Shown here: positions 18,585 to 28,403 of the stretch, piece by piece
Layout of the letters: the number at the start of each line of letters is the position of its first letter
Numbering within the stretch: position 1 is the first letter of the stretch
From: an uncultured virus (IMG/VR IMGVR_UViG_3300028552_000008)
Lineage: Duplodnaviria > Heunggongvirae > Uroviricota > Caudoviricetes
Length of the DNA stretch: 64,000 bases
Strand: one strand, 5' to 3'
IMG/VR virus record: IMGVR_UViG_3300028552_000008
Notes under the pieces: model-generated
Databases searched by the model: none
Told to the model about the DNA's origin: nothing
What the model saw: the letters and a program-made list of their open reading frames with translations, nothing else
Made by a program: the position numbers and the translations under genes

Positions 18585-20992
18585 ATGATACAAATTTTAC
18601 TGAGCCTTTAACCGATGCTGATTTTTCGGAATTGTTGATTAGGCATATGCTATTATCTCCGGAAGTGAGTAATAAAGCTAAACAATTGAATATTGTAGGA
18701 GATGATTTAGTATTGGATGATACTTATGGTAATCAAGTATATAAAGAGCTGGTAAATATCATTAATAGTATAGATGTTAGACCAGTGCCAGCTAATACAT
18801 TGTTGGATGGCTTAAAACATAAATTTGAGGATGGAACTTTAATTGATAGTTTAAAAGATAATACACTTGAACTATTTGAGTACTTCTATAATGCAGATAG
18901 GTTGTTGGAGAGTCCTGAGTTCTTTGATAGTAGATTGTTACCTTTCCTAAAGAATAGGAGGGCACAGAAGCTTATTAATAAGTATAGGGATGATGTTCAT
19001 ACCTTAACCAGTGAATTAAATAAACTCAATTTAGATTTGGCTGGCGATTCTCCTATGAGCAGGCCTAGGGTGATGAATCCTTTTAGTAGTATCATATTCA
19101 AGACTAAGAGTAGTATGATAGGTACAGGTTTAAGTAAGCTGGATGAGAAGTTGGATGGTGGACTATTATCTAGTGAATATGCTATGTTGCTAGGATTTTC
19201 AGGTGGGGGTAAATGTCATGGAAAAGGTACTAAAATATTAATGTATGACGGTTCAATAAAGAATGTTGAAGATATTAAAGTGGGTGAATTACTAATGGGT
19301 AATGATTCAACATCTAGAGAAGTACTTAGTTTGGCTAGGGGTAGTGAGCAAATGTATAAGGTAATTCCTGTTAAGGGGGAACCTTGGACTTGTAATGAAT
19401 CTCATATCCTTAGTTTAGTATGTAATACTCAATGTGGTTTTGGTTATCAATATGGTAAGGGAAATATAGTTAATATGACAGTTAAGGATTATTGTGCTCT
19501 AATAAGAACTAAGAAAGATTGTCTTAAATTATATCGAATTGGTGTTGATTATCCTGTTAAACCTTTGAATATGGACCCGTATATCTTCGGTTGTTGGATA
19601 GGAGATGGAACACGAGCAGCACCGAAGATTACAAATACTGATCCAGAAATTATTAGTGTAATGATGGAATGGGCTAAAATCAATAAATATAAGGTCAGAC
19701 AGTATGATATTACTTATTGTTTTAGTAGAAAACCTGAAATAAATATATTTCGTAATGAAATAAAAAGAGCTAATGGTAATAATCAAAAGAGAATTCCTAG
19801 TGATTATTTGATTAACTCTGAAAGTAATAGGTTGCAGTTATTAGCTGGTATTATAGATACTGATGGATATCTACATCATAACTTTTATGAAGTTGTAACT
19901 AAGTATGAAGGTTTGAGTCAAGATATTCTTTATTTAGCTAGAAGTTTAGGGTTCGCAGCATATAGTTATCCTAAAATAGCTACTATGAAAAGAGAGGATG
20001 GATCAATATACAGATGTAAAGTATATAGAGTTAATATAAGTGGACACGTAAATAAAATTCCATGTAAAGTTATTAGAAAGCGGGCTGGGATAAGACAGCA
20101 GATTAAAGATGTATTACATGTTGGTTTTACTGTTGAGCCTATAAACGATAGAGATTATTATGGTTTTGAATTATCAGGTAATCATCTTTATCTTTTGGGG
20201 GATTTTACAGTAACACATAATACAGCTGTAGGTACTAATATGGTGGGTATATCTGCGGAAATGGGTAGAAAGGCGGTTTATATATCTTGTGAAGAGCATG
20301 AAGATGATTTAAGCCAAAGATTCTATTCCAGAGTATTTAGAATACCATATAGACAATTAAGACAAGGTAGTGCTAATATAGAATTGGAATCAAAGTTTAA
20401 TGAAGAATTAACTACTGAGAAAATAAAATTTTTAAAAGATAATCTCTGTTTAATGGGTTTAAAGGGGATTGATGGTGCTATAACTCCTAATCTGCTATAT
20501 GAATTGTTAAAACAAAACTATGAAGAAACTGGTTTTATACCAGAACTAGTAATGCTAGATCAATTACAATTCATAACTCCAGATGCACCTATAAGAAAGA
20601 ATATGCAGACTTATGAGATTGAAGGTATGACTGCAGCTGAGTTAGACCAATTATCACATAAACAAATAGGTGGTAAAGGATTTGTATTGTGGGTACAGCA
20701 TCAAGCTAAAGGCAAGACTAGGGCATATTTTACTATAGATGAAATTCAAGGTTATAAAGCAATAGTAAATAAGCCAGACTTGGTTTTAGGTGTAGGCAGA
20801 GCTGGTGATAAAAGTGATGAGATAAACTTGTTTCCTTTAAAAATAAGACATTCAGCTGACTTTAAAATAACTCTTAAGACTGAATTTGAATATATGACAG
20901 TAACATCCACGTTAGTTACTAATGACTTACCATATCAAAATTCTACCATGACAGAAGTAGATCGTACTGGTATTAGACCAGTCACTTATTAA
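18581..20992 (+). CDS. DnaB-like replicative helicase containing an intein
   Basis: TGLSKLD..LDGG, GFSGGGK|T Walker A, YISCEE, MLDQLQ, KIRH. Confidence 0.85.
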   Translation: MNDTNFTEPLTDADFSELLIRHMLLSPEVSNKAKQLNIVGDDLVLDDTYGNQVYKELVNIINSIDVRPVPANTLLDGLKHKFEDGTLIDSLKDNTLELFEYFYNADRLLESPEFFDSRLLPFLKNRRAQKLINKYRDDVHTLTSELNKLNLDLAGDSPMSRPRVMNPFSSIIFKTKSSMIGTGLSKLDEKLDGGLLSSEYAMLLGFSGGGKCHGKGTKILMYDGSIKNVEDIKVGELLMGNDSTSREVLSLARGSEQMYKVIPVKGEPWTCNESHILSLVCNTQCGFGYQYGKGNIVNMTVKDYCALIRTKKDCLKLYRIGVDYPVKPLNMDPYIFGCWIGDGTRAAPKITNTDPEIISVMMEWAKINKYKVRQYDITYCFSRKPEINIFRNEIKRANGNNQKRIPSDYLINSESNRLQLLAGIIDTDGYLHHNFYEVVTKYEGLSQDILYLARSLGFAAYSYPKIATMKREDGSIYRCKVYRVNISGHVNKIPCKVIRKRAGIRQQIKDVLHVGFTVEPINDRDYYGFELSGNHLYLLGDFTVTHNTAVGTNMVGISAEMGRKAVYISCEEHEDDLSQRFYSRVFRIPYRQLRQGSANIELESKFNEELTTEKIKFLKDNLCLMGLKGIDGAITPNLLYELLKQNYEETGFIPELVMLDQLQFITPDAPIRKNMQTYEIEGMTAAELDQLSHKQIGGKGFVLWVQHQAKGKTRAYFTIDEIQGYKAIVNKPDLVLGVGRAGDKSDEINLFPLKIRHSADFKITLKTEFEYMTVTSTLVTNDLPYQNSTMTEVDRTGIRPVTY
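19214..20221 (+). mobile_element. intein with LAGLIDADG homing endonuclease (336 aa)
   Basis: Starts CHGKGTKILMYDG, ends FTVTHN followed by Thr; GCWIGDG and LAGIIDTDG motifs; inserted between K and T of GKT. Confidence 0.92.
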
Positions 20993-20997
20993 ATTTT

Positions 20998-21417
20998 ATG
21001 GGAGAAACACTTAATGAAGATACCTTATACTATTTCTTATGCCCATTTAAGGATAGGTACTATACGTTATATTTAGGCTGGTTGAATAAGATACTAATTG
21101 AAGCTTTTAGGAAGTTGGGTGAGGAAGAGGGACATATTTATATACAGAGTGAATTTGAACAACATACTTTCATTAATTATATAGACCAGCCCCTTTTCCT
21201 CATCGAATTTGATAAAGAAGGCATTGAGAAGTATTATAGTGATGACCATGAATTAGAATTAGAGCCGGAAGAAGGAGAGGTTTATAAAGATAATGAACCT
21301 GACACTATTAATTATCCAGCTTACTTTACTAAAGGTATTGAATCACTTCTAGATTATAAATTAGGCAAACATTTATATGCTAATGTAGAAGGAGAATGGA
21401 TACAGATAAAATTATGA
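20998..21417 (+). CDS. hypothetical acidic protein
   Basis: 139-aa ORF between helicase and polymerase. Confidence 0.65.
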   Translation: MGETLNEDTLYYFLCPFKDRYYTLYLGWLNKILIEAFRKLGEEEGHIYIQSEFEQHTFINYIDQPLFLIEFDKEGIEKYYSDDHELELEPEEGEVYKDNEPDTINYPAYFTKGIESLLDYKLGKHLYANVEGEWIQIKL

Positions 21418-24152
21418 TGACAATTGATGAATTTTTAACAGAATATAATACATATAGAGTAGCTGGAGCTTCATTTATACAACCTTCAGGAGATCACGAA
21501 GCCAAGTTGATGTTAGTTCTTAGTTATCCTAGTTATGATGCTCTACAAACTGGTAACTTATTAGCTGGGGATAATGGTGATGAACTTAAAGCAGCCCTGG
21601 ATTTGGCCGGCTTTCAAGAATCTGATTATTATTTAACTGCTATGGTTAAATTTGATGTAGGTTCAGCCGGAAAGCCTACTAAACAGATGATTGAACAATG
21701 TAGCGGTGTACTGGATTTTGAGATTAAAACAGTTAAACCTAGATTGATCCTTACTTTAGGAGCTGAGCCGTTTAAAAGGATTAAGAAAGAGAAAAGCAAG
21801 GTTACTAGTTATTTAGGCAATATTATAGATTGTCCTTATGACTGCAAGCTGTTACCTAACTATTCTCCTGGAATGATAGTTGGCCAGGACCCTACACTAA
21901 GGTCTGCATTTAGAGAGGTGTTTACTCTAGCTAAAAGATTTATAGAAGATAAGCTGGATTATACTAGATATGATAAACTAGTAGTAGATGACCCTGAATT
22001 AAGTAAAGTTATTATACAAGAATATATAGATAAGAAGGCATTCCTAGTAGGTTATGATGGAGAATGGAAGGGGAAGAAGATGACTGATGATGAGGTCATG
22101 TATACTTTTCAGTATTCTTGTGAACCTAATGTAGCTATTGTATTGGATATTTCAAAAGATGGTGTAACTGAGAATAAAGAATTACTTGATACAGTAAAGC
22201 CATTATTAGAACATCCACAAGTACAAAGAATGGGTTGGAATATTAGAGTTGATGATGAAAGGCTTAAATTGAGAGGGTTTAATTTATCTGATGACACTCT
22301 ATTCTTTGATGGTATGAAAGCTTGTGGATTCTTAGATAGTAGGTATCCTAAAGGTCTAGAAACTGGTATTAAGTACTTCACTAACTATAAACCTTATTAT
22401 AAAGAGATGCCAGATCTCCTCAAAAAGCATGGGTTGAAGTGGGAAGAGTTAGCCCAATTAAAGTTATTAGAGCCTGATTTCTTTTATGAGTATTGTGGTG
22501 GTGATGCAGTAGCTCATAGGACTGCTTGTTTAGCTATGAAGGAAAGTATGGATAAGTTACCAGAGAAAGTAAGAACTTACTTTTATAATACATATCTACC
22601 TTTAACTCATTATTTCATGGATTTGGAGTTAGCTGGGATACCTATAGATTTGGTGAAAATGGAAGAAATGACTAATCAATATGTATCTAAATATGAAGAA
22701 CTTAAAGATATATTAAAAACTAGATTAACTGGTATCTTCCCAGATTTTAATCCAGCTAGTGCACCTCAAAAGAAGAAGTTATTATATCAAGTACTCGGTT
22801 TAGCCCCAGCCTTTTATACTAAAAAAGGAAAGATTAAACCCAGAGCTTGGTACGATCAACAAAAAGCAGGTACAAAGAAGCATTATTCTCCTAGTACTAA
22901 TAGTAAATCATTAAGTACTATATGTTTCGATCTAGAGAAGGAATTGGAAAAACCACAACCAGATAACTTAATACAGGATAAATATATTATAGTTAAGAAT
23001 CTATTAGATTTAACTAGAGTAGGAGTATTTGCTACTAAGTTCTTGTGTAAAACTGGTACTGAGTTTGAAGAAATAGATGAAGCAGATCTGGAAGGTGATG
23101 CTGACGAGGATGCCAAAAAGAGTTCATATTGGGCGGCTATTTGTAAAGATGGCAAGATTCACCCAAGTTTTTATGAATGCTTGGATAACTTTAGAAGTAG
23201 TAGCAAGCCTAATGTACAGAATCCAGCTTCCAAAGTGTTAAGTAATATCCCTAATATATTTGTGCCTGGTTATAGTTTAATGAGTAAAGATGACCAAAAG
23301 AAGAATTATCATCTAATACCAAGTAATCTTAGACATATATTCTATTCCGGGGACCCTGATTGGTATTGGGCTGAGATCGACATAGCCAGTGCCGACCTCG
23401 GAATATTAGCATTCCTAAGTAAAGACCCTAAATATATAAATGACATTCTTAGTGGTGGATTTCATTTAACCAAAGCTAGAGAGTATTTCCAAGACCCAAA
23501 TGTAACTAAAAACGATTATTCTAAATATGTGTCAGCAAAGTCTATTACATTTAGAGTATCATACACTTCAGAACTATTAGCTGCCTCAATGCCTATTCAA
23601 GCAGAGATTTATGCAGAAAGTGGCATTTATCTACCTATTCAACGTATCGAATATGCTTTGAAGACATGGGAGCAATATACACAATATATGGAGTTTAGGA
23701 AGCAATGTATGCAGCAAGTAGAAGAATATAAGTATATAGAGAATGCTAGAGGTTTAAAATACCATTTCGAAGATAGTGATGACTTTAGAATATTGGCTGG
23801 TTGGAAGAATGAAAGTTTGGCTTTTCCACCTGCTAGTGAATTAGCATTGTTTATGTGGGATATATGTGTAACTATGAAACGTTATCTAGTTAAAGAAGGG
23901 GTCTGGATGAAGTGGATTAAACCAGTAAATAGTGTTCATGATGCTGCATATTATCTTGTACATAAAGATGTTATGAAAGATAATTGGTTTCCTGAAGTTT
24001 GTAAGAACTACTTTACTAAAGAATGTAAAATAGCTACTGGTGATACTTTAGGAATGGAAATGTCAGTAGGAGATAGATGGAAATGTAAGGAGGAGGCTTT
24101 TCATGGGGAGACGGTCTGGGACTTCAATAATAAATGCTGGAATTGGAAATAA
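21396..24152 (+). CDS. family A DNA polymerase with N-terminal uracil-DNA-glycosylase-like domain and 3'-5' exonuclease
   Basis: N-terminal EIKTVKPRLILTLG..NYSP (UDG-like); exonuclease YDGE, WNIRVD, YCGGDA; polymerase PNVQN, EIDIASADL, AKSITF..SY, VHDA. Confidence 0.85.
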   Translation: MDTDKIMMTIDEFLTEYNTYRVAGASFIQPSGDHEAKLMLVLSYPSYDALQTGNLLAGDNGDELKAALDLAGFQESDYYLTAMVKFDVGSAGKPTKQMIEQCSGVLDFEIKTVKPRLILTLGAEPFKRIKKEKSKVTSYLGNIIDCPYDCKLLPNYSPGMIVGQDPTLRSAFREVFTLAKRFIEDKLDYTRYDKLVVDDPELSKVIIQEYIDKKAFLVGYDGEWKGKKMTDDEVMYTFQYSCEPNVAIVLDISKDGVTENKELLDTVKPLLEHPQVQRMGWNIRVDDERLKLRGFNLSDDTLFFDGMKACGFLDSRYPKGLETGIKYFTNYKPYYKEMPDLLKKHGLKWEELAQLKLLEPDFFYEYCGGDAVAHRTACLAMKESMDKLPEKVRTYFYNTYLPLTHYFMDLELAGIPIDLVKMEEMTNQYVSKYEELKDILKTRLTGIFPDFNPASAPQKKKLLYQVLGLAPAFYTKKGKIKPRAWYDQQKAGTKKHYSPSTNSKSLSTICFDLEKELEKPQPDNLIQDKYIIVKNLLDLTRVGVFATKFLCKTGTEFEEIDEADLEGDADEDAKKSSYWAAICKDGKIHPSFYECLDNFRSSSKPNVQNPASKVLSNIPNIFVPGYSLMSKDDQKKNYHLIPSNLRHIFYSGDPDWYWAEIDIASADLGILAFLSKDPKYINDILSGGFHLTKAREYFQDPNVTKNDYSKYVSAKSITFRVSYTSELLAASMPIQAEIYAESGIYLPIQRIEYALKTWEQYTQYMEFRKQCMQQVEEYKYIENARGLKYHFEDSDDFRILAGWKNESLAFPPASELALFMWDICVTMKRYLVKEGVWMKWIKPVNSVHDAAYYLVHKDVMKDNWFPEVCKNYFTKECKIATGDTLGMEMSVGDRWKCKEEAFHGETVWDFNNKCWNWK

Positions 24153-24196
24153 GTCTGATTCTATAGCAAACAACAAACAATAATAACAACAACTAT

Positions 24197-24979
24197 ATGT
24201 TAATAATTAATCTAAATACTAAACGTGTCAATCAAAGCACCATTGACCCCGACATTGTAATCTTGACTGGTGCATCACAAGAACTGATTACTAGCCTGCA
24301 AAAGCATGTATTGTCAGCGTCTGGTACAGCCAAGATTTCAACTAATGAGATTCCGGTAAATACTAATAGGGTTAGTAGGACAGTGCCAGAAAGTACTTAT
24401 GCTTCAGCTGATTCAAATTTCACTGAGAACTTTGAGAAGCTGAGTGAGGTAATTGATAATATTACCAACAATGCATTTGAGCCTGCAGTTAAGGTTAAGA
24501 CTACAAACTCAAAGCCTAACCGTACTTTGCTCAGGAATAAGGTTAAGGCTAAGGCTAAGAAGAATGTAGTACCTGCTCCTTATACACGTGACTTGTTGAC
24601 AGTAATTGACGATCTTTTAAGTAATGAAGACTTTGTAAGTGAAGTAAGAGCTACCTATCTTGATAGAGGTAATTTCATTTCTGAGAATACCATTCTTACA
24701 CCTCAAAATGTTAAAGTAGCATTGGCTTTGTGGGGGTATTATGGAATACAGAATCCATTTAGCTCTAGTAACGGAGTTGATACTATTAAAAGTAATATCC
24801 GGACTAGCCAAGATACTATTATAAGGTTGAATTCGAAGTTTAAAATTCTTTATGTAGAGGGTGATGGTTCTTCAACCAAATATAGTGTTAGTGAAGAATT
24901 CGATCAGATTGTAAGACTGGTGCTTGCTTCTGACGAATTTATGGATCTTGCTCAAGTCTTGCCAGCCTATAAAAGTTAA
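24197..24979 (+). CDS. hypothetical protein
   Basis: 260-aa ORF followed by a terminator. Confidence 0.7.
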   Translation: MLIINLNTKRVNQSTIDPDIVILTGASQELITSLQKHVLSASGTAKISTNEIPVNTNRVSRTVPESTYASADSNFTENFEKLSEVIDNITNNAFEPAVKVKTTNSKPNRTLLRNKVKAKAKKNVVPAPYTRDLLTVIDDLLSNEDFVSEVRATYLDRGNFISENTILTPQNVKVALALWGYYGIQNPFSSSNGVDTIKSNIRTSQDTIIRLNSKFKILYVEGDGSSTKYSVSEEFDQIVRLVLASDEFMDLAQVLPAYKS

Positions 24980-24991
24980 GTAAATAACCTC

Positions 24992-25024
24992 AGCCCCAAT
25001 AACATCTAGTTGTTGGGGCTTTTT
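24992..25024 (+). terminator. intrinsic terminator
   Basis: AGCCCCAATAAC / GTTGTTGGGGCT followed by a T run. Confidence 0.7.
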
Positions 25025-25027
25025 CTT

Positions 25028-25528
25028 ATGGATGACCCAATTTTATACATAACATTTAAAGATACTGTATCTAGTAGTAATGACAAAGGTTTAGGTATAG
25101 TGGTTGAGAATTTACGTAATCAACTTCTTAATGTAGCAGACAAAATTAAGGCTGATCCTGAAACCATCTATCATTATATTAGACAAGATTTACCTATTCT
25201 TCAGATTAATTTATCAGCTCCAATAATTGTATCGCCCAGTGCTGGCTGGCCCCCACCTCAAGAAACAAATAATACACAGATTAATGGTGAACAAACTTTA
25301 ATAGATCAAATTTTCAAAGATCTAAAGAAAACCCATAAAAGTGAAGCAATAATCAAATATATGGTTCAAAATTCTGGTATTGACCTTACCGTAGACCAGA
25401 TAGCCCAAGGAGCTTCAATAACTAAACAAGAACTGACTTCCTGGTTATCTCAAACAGCTAAAAAGATTCCTGCAATAGAAAATACTTCTAGAGGAATATA
25501 CAAATTTAACCCTAATCAATTAACTTAA
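25028..25528 (+). CDS. putative winged-helix DNA-binding protein
   Basis: C-terminal IAxGA....E.TSWLSQT.K...A.EN..RG.YK shared with the next gene. Confidence 0.65.
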   Translation: MDDPILYITFKDTVSSSNDKGLGIVVENLRNQLLNVADKIKADPETIYHYIRQDLPILQINLSAPIIVSPSAGWPPPQETNNTQINGEQTLIDQIFKDLKKTHKSEAIIKYMVQNSGIDLTVDQIAQGASITKQELTSWLSQTAKKIPAIENTSRGIYKFNPNQLT

Positions 25529-25531
25529 ACT

Positions 25532-26176
25532 ATGCCTGTCCCAACTAATAAAATCAGCCTCCTATTTACAGTTCCTTTAGAATCGAGTGACTCCAAAGTA
25601 GTAAGAGCTGCTTATAAAGAGCTAGCTTCCCAAGTCCTAAGATTTGCTGAAGCTATTAAAATTGATCCTAATATCATGATTGTACATACTACAGTCTCTG
25701 AAGACCTCAAAGACCTTAAAGCTTGTACTCATACTATAGTTGACCCCAAACTAGCAGAACTCCAAACCATTAATAAGAAAGTAGCTAGTGGTAAGTCTGC
25801 GGTAGATAATCCTAATCAACCTATTACTGAACTTTCTAAAGGGTTTGAAGATGAACCGGCTAGAGTTACTTCAATGCCTATGTCTGAATGGAAGGAAGAG
25901 AAGGAGGCAGTATCTATTCCAGTAGTAGATGTAGATAAGTTGAAGGAGAAGCTGCTTGAGCAATTTCAAAGATTAACTACCAAGACCAAGGCTGTGATTG
26001 AGTTTCTAGCCAATAATCATGATAAGGAAGTAACTAGTGAAGAGATTGCTACTGGAGCTAAACTAGAAGCTAAAGAGATTACTAGCTGGCTTAGTCAAAC
26101 TGGTAAAACAGTTAAAGCACTTGAGAATGTTAAACGTGGTGTTTATAAGCTTAATTCAACTAAGGTGAAGATTTAA
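25532..26176 (+). CDS. putative winged-helix DNA-binding protein (paralogous C-terminal domain)
   Basis: Same wHTH-like C-terminal domain as 25028..25528. Confidence 0.65.
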   Translation: MPVPTNKISLLFTVPLESSDSKVVRAAYKELASQVLRFAEAIKIDPNIMIVHTTVSEDLKDLKACTHTIVDPKLAELQTINKKVASGKSAVDNPNQPITELSKGFEDEPARVTSMPMSEWKEEKEAVSIPVVDVDKLKEKLLEQFQRLTTKTKAVIEFLANNHDKEVTSEEIATGAKLEAKEITSWLSQTGKTVKALENVKRGVYKLNSTKVKI

Positions 26177-26235
26177 TTTAGCAGCTCCTTAATAGTAAGT
26201 ATTCAATTACTGAAATTAAGGAGCTTTCTTTAATT

Positions 26236-26970
26236 ATGTTAAGTACTTTAAAACCATCTAATAATAGCAAAGTTAGATTTATTCCGAATCATAATAATAC
26301 GTTTGGATTGACACACGGTTCACCTAAGAATGGTGGGACATGTATTGGTGCAACTTGTGGTCCTGGCGGTTGTTTGGATATAAGAGATGGGCTTAAACGC
26401 CAGACTTGTTATGTTTCCAAGATTGTGCAGATTTATAAGAATGTGGGAAAAGTTTTAACAAGTAATTCTGAATTATTGGTGGGAAAAACCCAACCAGAAA
26501 TGACAGAGTTACTTATTAGAACTTTTCAAACATTCAAAGATAACAATAAGAAGGAGAATTGGTATTATAGACTTCATTGGGCCGGCGATTTCTTTTCCGA
26601 AGACTATGCCAGGGCTATGGTCGAAGCTTGTAGTACATTCCCAGAAATAAGATTCTGGGTATATACTAGAAGTTTTGACTTTGTACCTATTTTAGTTGAG
26701 GCTTCAAATTTAGCAGTATATCTTAGTTTAGACCCGGTAAATAAGGATAAAGGGTTAAAGATATATGAGGAATTGAGATATAGATATAATAATGTAGGGG
26801 TGGCTTTTATGGGACCTAGAGATGTTACCAATATTAAGTTTATTAATTGCCCGGAAACTCACGGGAAGATAGAAAATACTAAAGATAAAGGAGCTTGTGC
26901 CAAATGTAAGTTGTGTTTCACTTATACAGATAAGATACAACTAAGAAATATAGCATTTAGCTTACACTAA
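26236..26970 (+). CDS. phage Gp88-like Fe-S (radical-SAM-like) protein
   Basis: GTCIGAT...C...CY, YRLHWAGDF, FWVYTRS, LSLD, CPE...CAKCKLC. Confidence 0.75.
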   Translation: MLSTLKPSNNSKVRFIPNHNNTFGLTHGSPKNGGTCIGATCGPGGCLDIRDGLKRQTCYVSKIVQIYKNVGKVLTSNSELLVGKTQPEMTELLIRTFQTFKDNNKKENWYYRLHWAGDFFSEDYARAMVEACSTFPEIRFWVYTRSFDFVPILVEASNLAVYLSLDPVNKDKGLKIYEELRYRYNNVGVAFMGPRDVTNIKFINCPETHGKIENTKDKGACAKCKLCFTYTDKIQLRNIAFSLH

Positions 26971-26973
26971 ATT

Positions 26974-27243
26974 ATGATAAATGAAGAAACAAGCGTAACA
27001 GTGGATTACATCAGAGATAATATTGATGAATTATTATCTTTGGCAAAGGAGAAGTTTGACAGGATTTATGGGACAGATGCGCATAGTAGAGAACCGATAG
27101 CATTTACCCAGTTCGTGCATGCTCTAATATCATTTAGAACTGATATGTTAATTGATTTTTTAGGCAGCAATATAGATGATTTGAGGAAAGCATTCTTCTT
27201 AGCAAACGAGATAGATTCCGATGACCTGAATTCTATTGATTAA
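26974..27243 (+). CDS. hypothetical protein
   Basis: Packed ORF. Confidence 0.55.
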   Translation: MINEETSVTVDYIRDNIDELLSLAKEKFDRIYGTDAHSREPIAFTQFVHALISFRTDMLIDFLGSNIDDLRKAFFLANEIDSDDLNSID

Positions 27244-27248
27244 TTTAT

Positions 27249-27641
27249 ATGAAAAAACTATACGATTATTTAACCGGAAATTGGGAACATACAGACCTTA
27301 GATGTTCTGTTGCTGAACAATTAAAACATATAGATGAAGAATGTCGGAGTGCTTATGCATTAATACCTAAAGTAACTGAGGTAATTGCTAAGCTACAAAA
27401 AAAAGAAAAATTAAGTGAACTTGATAAAAATATTATAAATCTTGCATCGGCTCAGTATACATTAACTACAATAAATGTTAATAAACGATTTGCATATCTT
27501 ACAGGACAAGGACGAAATATTAATGAGTTTTTAACAAAGGTAATTGTAGGTCTTACTGTTATCTTAGTAGTTATTACAACATATCCTTGTATATTTCATG
27601 ATATATTAGGTTGGTTATATCATATAACAAAAATGTCGTAA
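27249..27641 (+). CDS. hypothetical membrane protein
   Basis: Single C-terminal hydrophobic stretch VIVGLTVILVVI. Confidence 0.55.
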   Translation: MKKLYDYLTGNWEHTDLRCSVAEQLKHIDEECRSAYALIPKVTEVIAKLQKKEKLSELDKNIINLASAQYTLTTINVNKRFAYLTGQGRNINEFLTKVIVGLTVILVVITTYPCIFHDILGWLYHITKMS

Positions 27642-27654
27642 ATAACATATCTAT

Positions 27655-27909
27655 ATGGGTAATCAAGTATTAACCAGGGCTAGTTATTGGACATATCTAC
27701 CTAATTCGACTAAATCTTATTGGCAGAAGTTGGCAGATAGAAATATAGCTATTATATGTACTCATAGGGCAAGTTCTAGAACTTATCAAGGAGAAACTAG
27801 AGTAAGAATTGCTTCTACTGCTGGTAAATTCGGTAAAGCAGCAAAGATAGTTAATTTAGATATTTTAAAGATGTTAAATGATGGGTATGTCTGGCGAAGC
27901 TACCCATAA
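27655..27909 (+). CDS. hypothetical protein
   Basis: Packed ORF. Confidence 0.5.
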   Translation: MGNQVLTRASYWTYLPNSTKSYWQKLADRNIAIICTHRASSRTYQGETRVRIASTAGKFGKAAKIVNLDILKMLNDGYVWRSYP

Positions 27910-28041
27910 AATCAAAATTCCCCACAAAAAGCACCACAAAATTAAAAGTCTGGTCTAAAATAATTCGTGACCTGTTTATCGTGTCGTGATACAATTAATC
28001 AATAAACAGGATTAACTGACACTAACTAAACACTAATTATT

Positions 28042-28344
28042 ATGAACAAGACTGATACTAAACCTATTATCGTTAAAATCAAGATTCTGGACCAAACTGG
28101 ACACACTACTTTGGAACAGGCTATTGATGATGCAATCAAGACCGCTTTTACCTATAATTTTACAAATGGTAAGAACATTAATGTACGTGGTGAAAACGGA
28201 GTAGTTCCTTTTGAACTATTCGCCAAGGATATTAATGATACGGAAGGATTGCTCAGTGATACGATTAGACTCCATAAAGCTCTCACTCAATTCGAAGACC
28301 CTTTAATTTTCATTACTGGTGCTTTGGCTGGTGGAGCGAACTAA
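28042..28344 (+). CDS. putative ubiquitin-like (beta-grasp) protein with near-terminal GG
   Basis: IVKIKILDQTGHT first strand; ends LIFITGALAGG-AN; JAB and E1 genes downstream. Confidence 0.7.
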   Translation: MNKTDTKPIIVKIKILDQTGHTTLEQAIDDAIKTAFTYNFTNGKNINVRGENGVVPFELFAKDINDTEGLLSDTIRLHKALTQFEDPLIFITGALAGGAN

Positions 28345-28357
28345 ACGCGGAACCCTC

Positions 28358-28388
28358 GGAGCAAATCTAATACTAGTAGGTTTGCTCC
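28358..28388 (+). terminator. stem-loop between the Ubl gene and the 661-aa gene
   Basis: GGAGCAAATCTA / TAGGTTTGCTCC. Confidence 0.5.
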
Positions 28389-28403
28389 ACTTAATTTAAA
28401 CCT

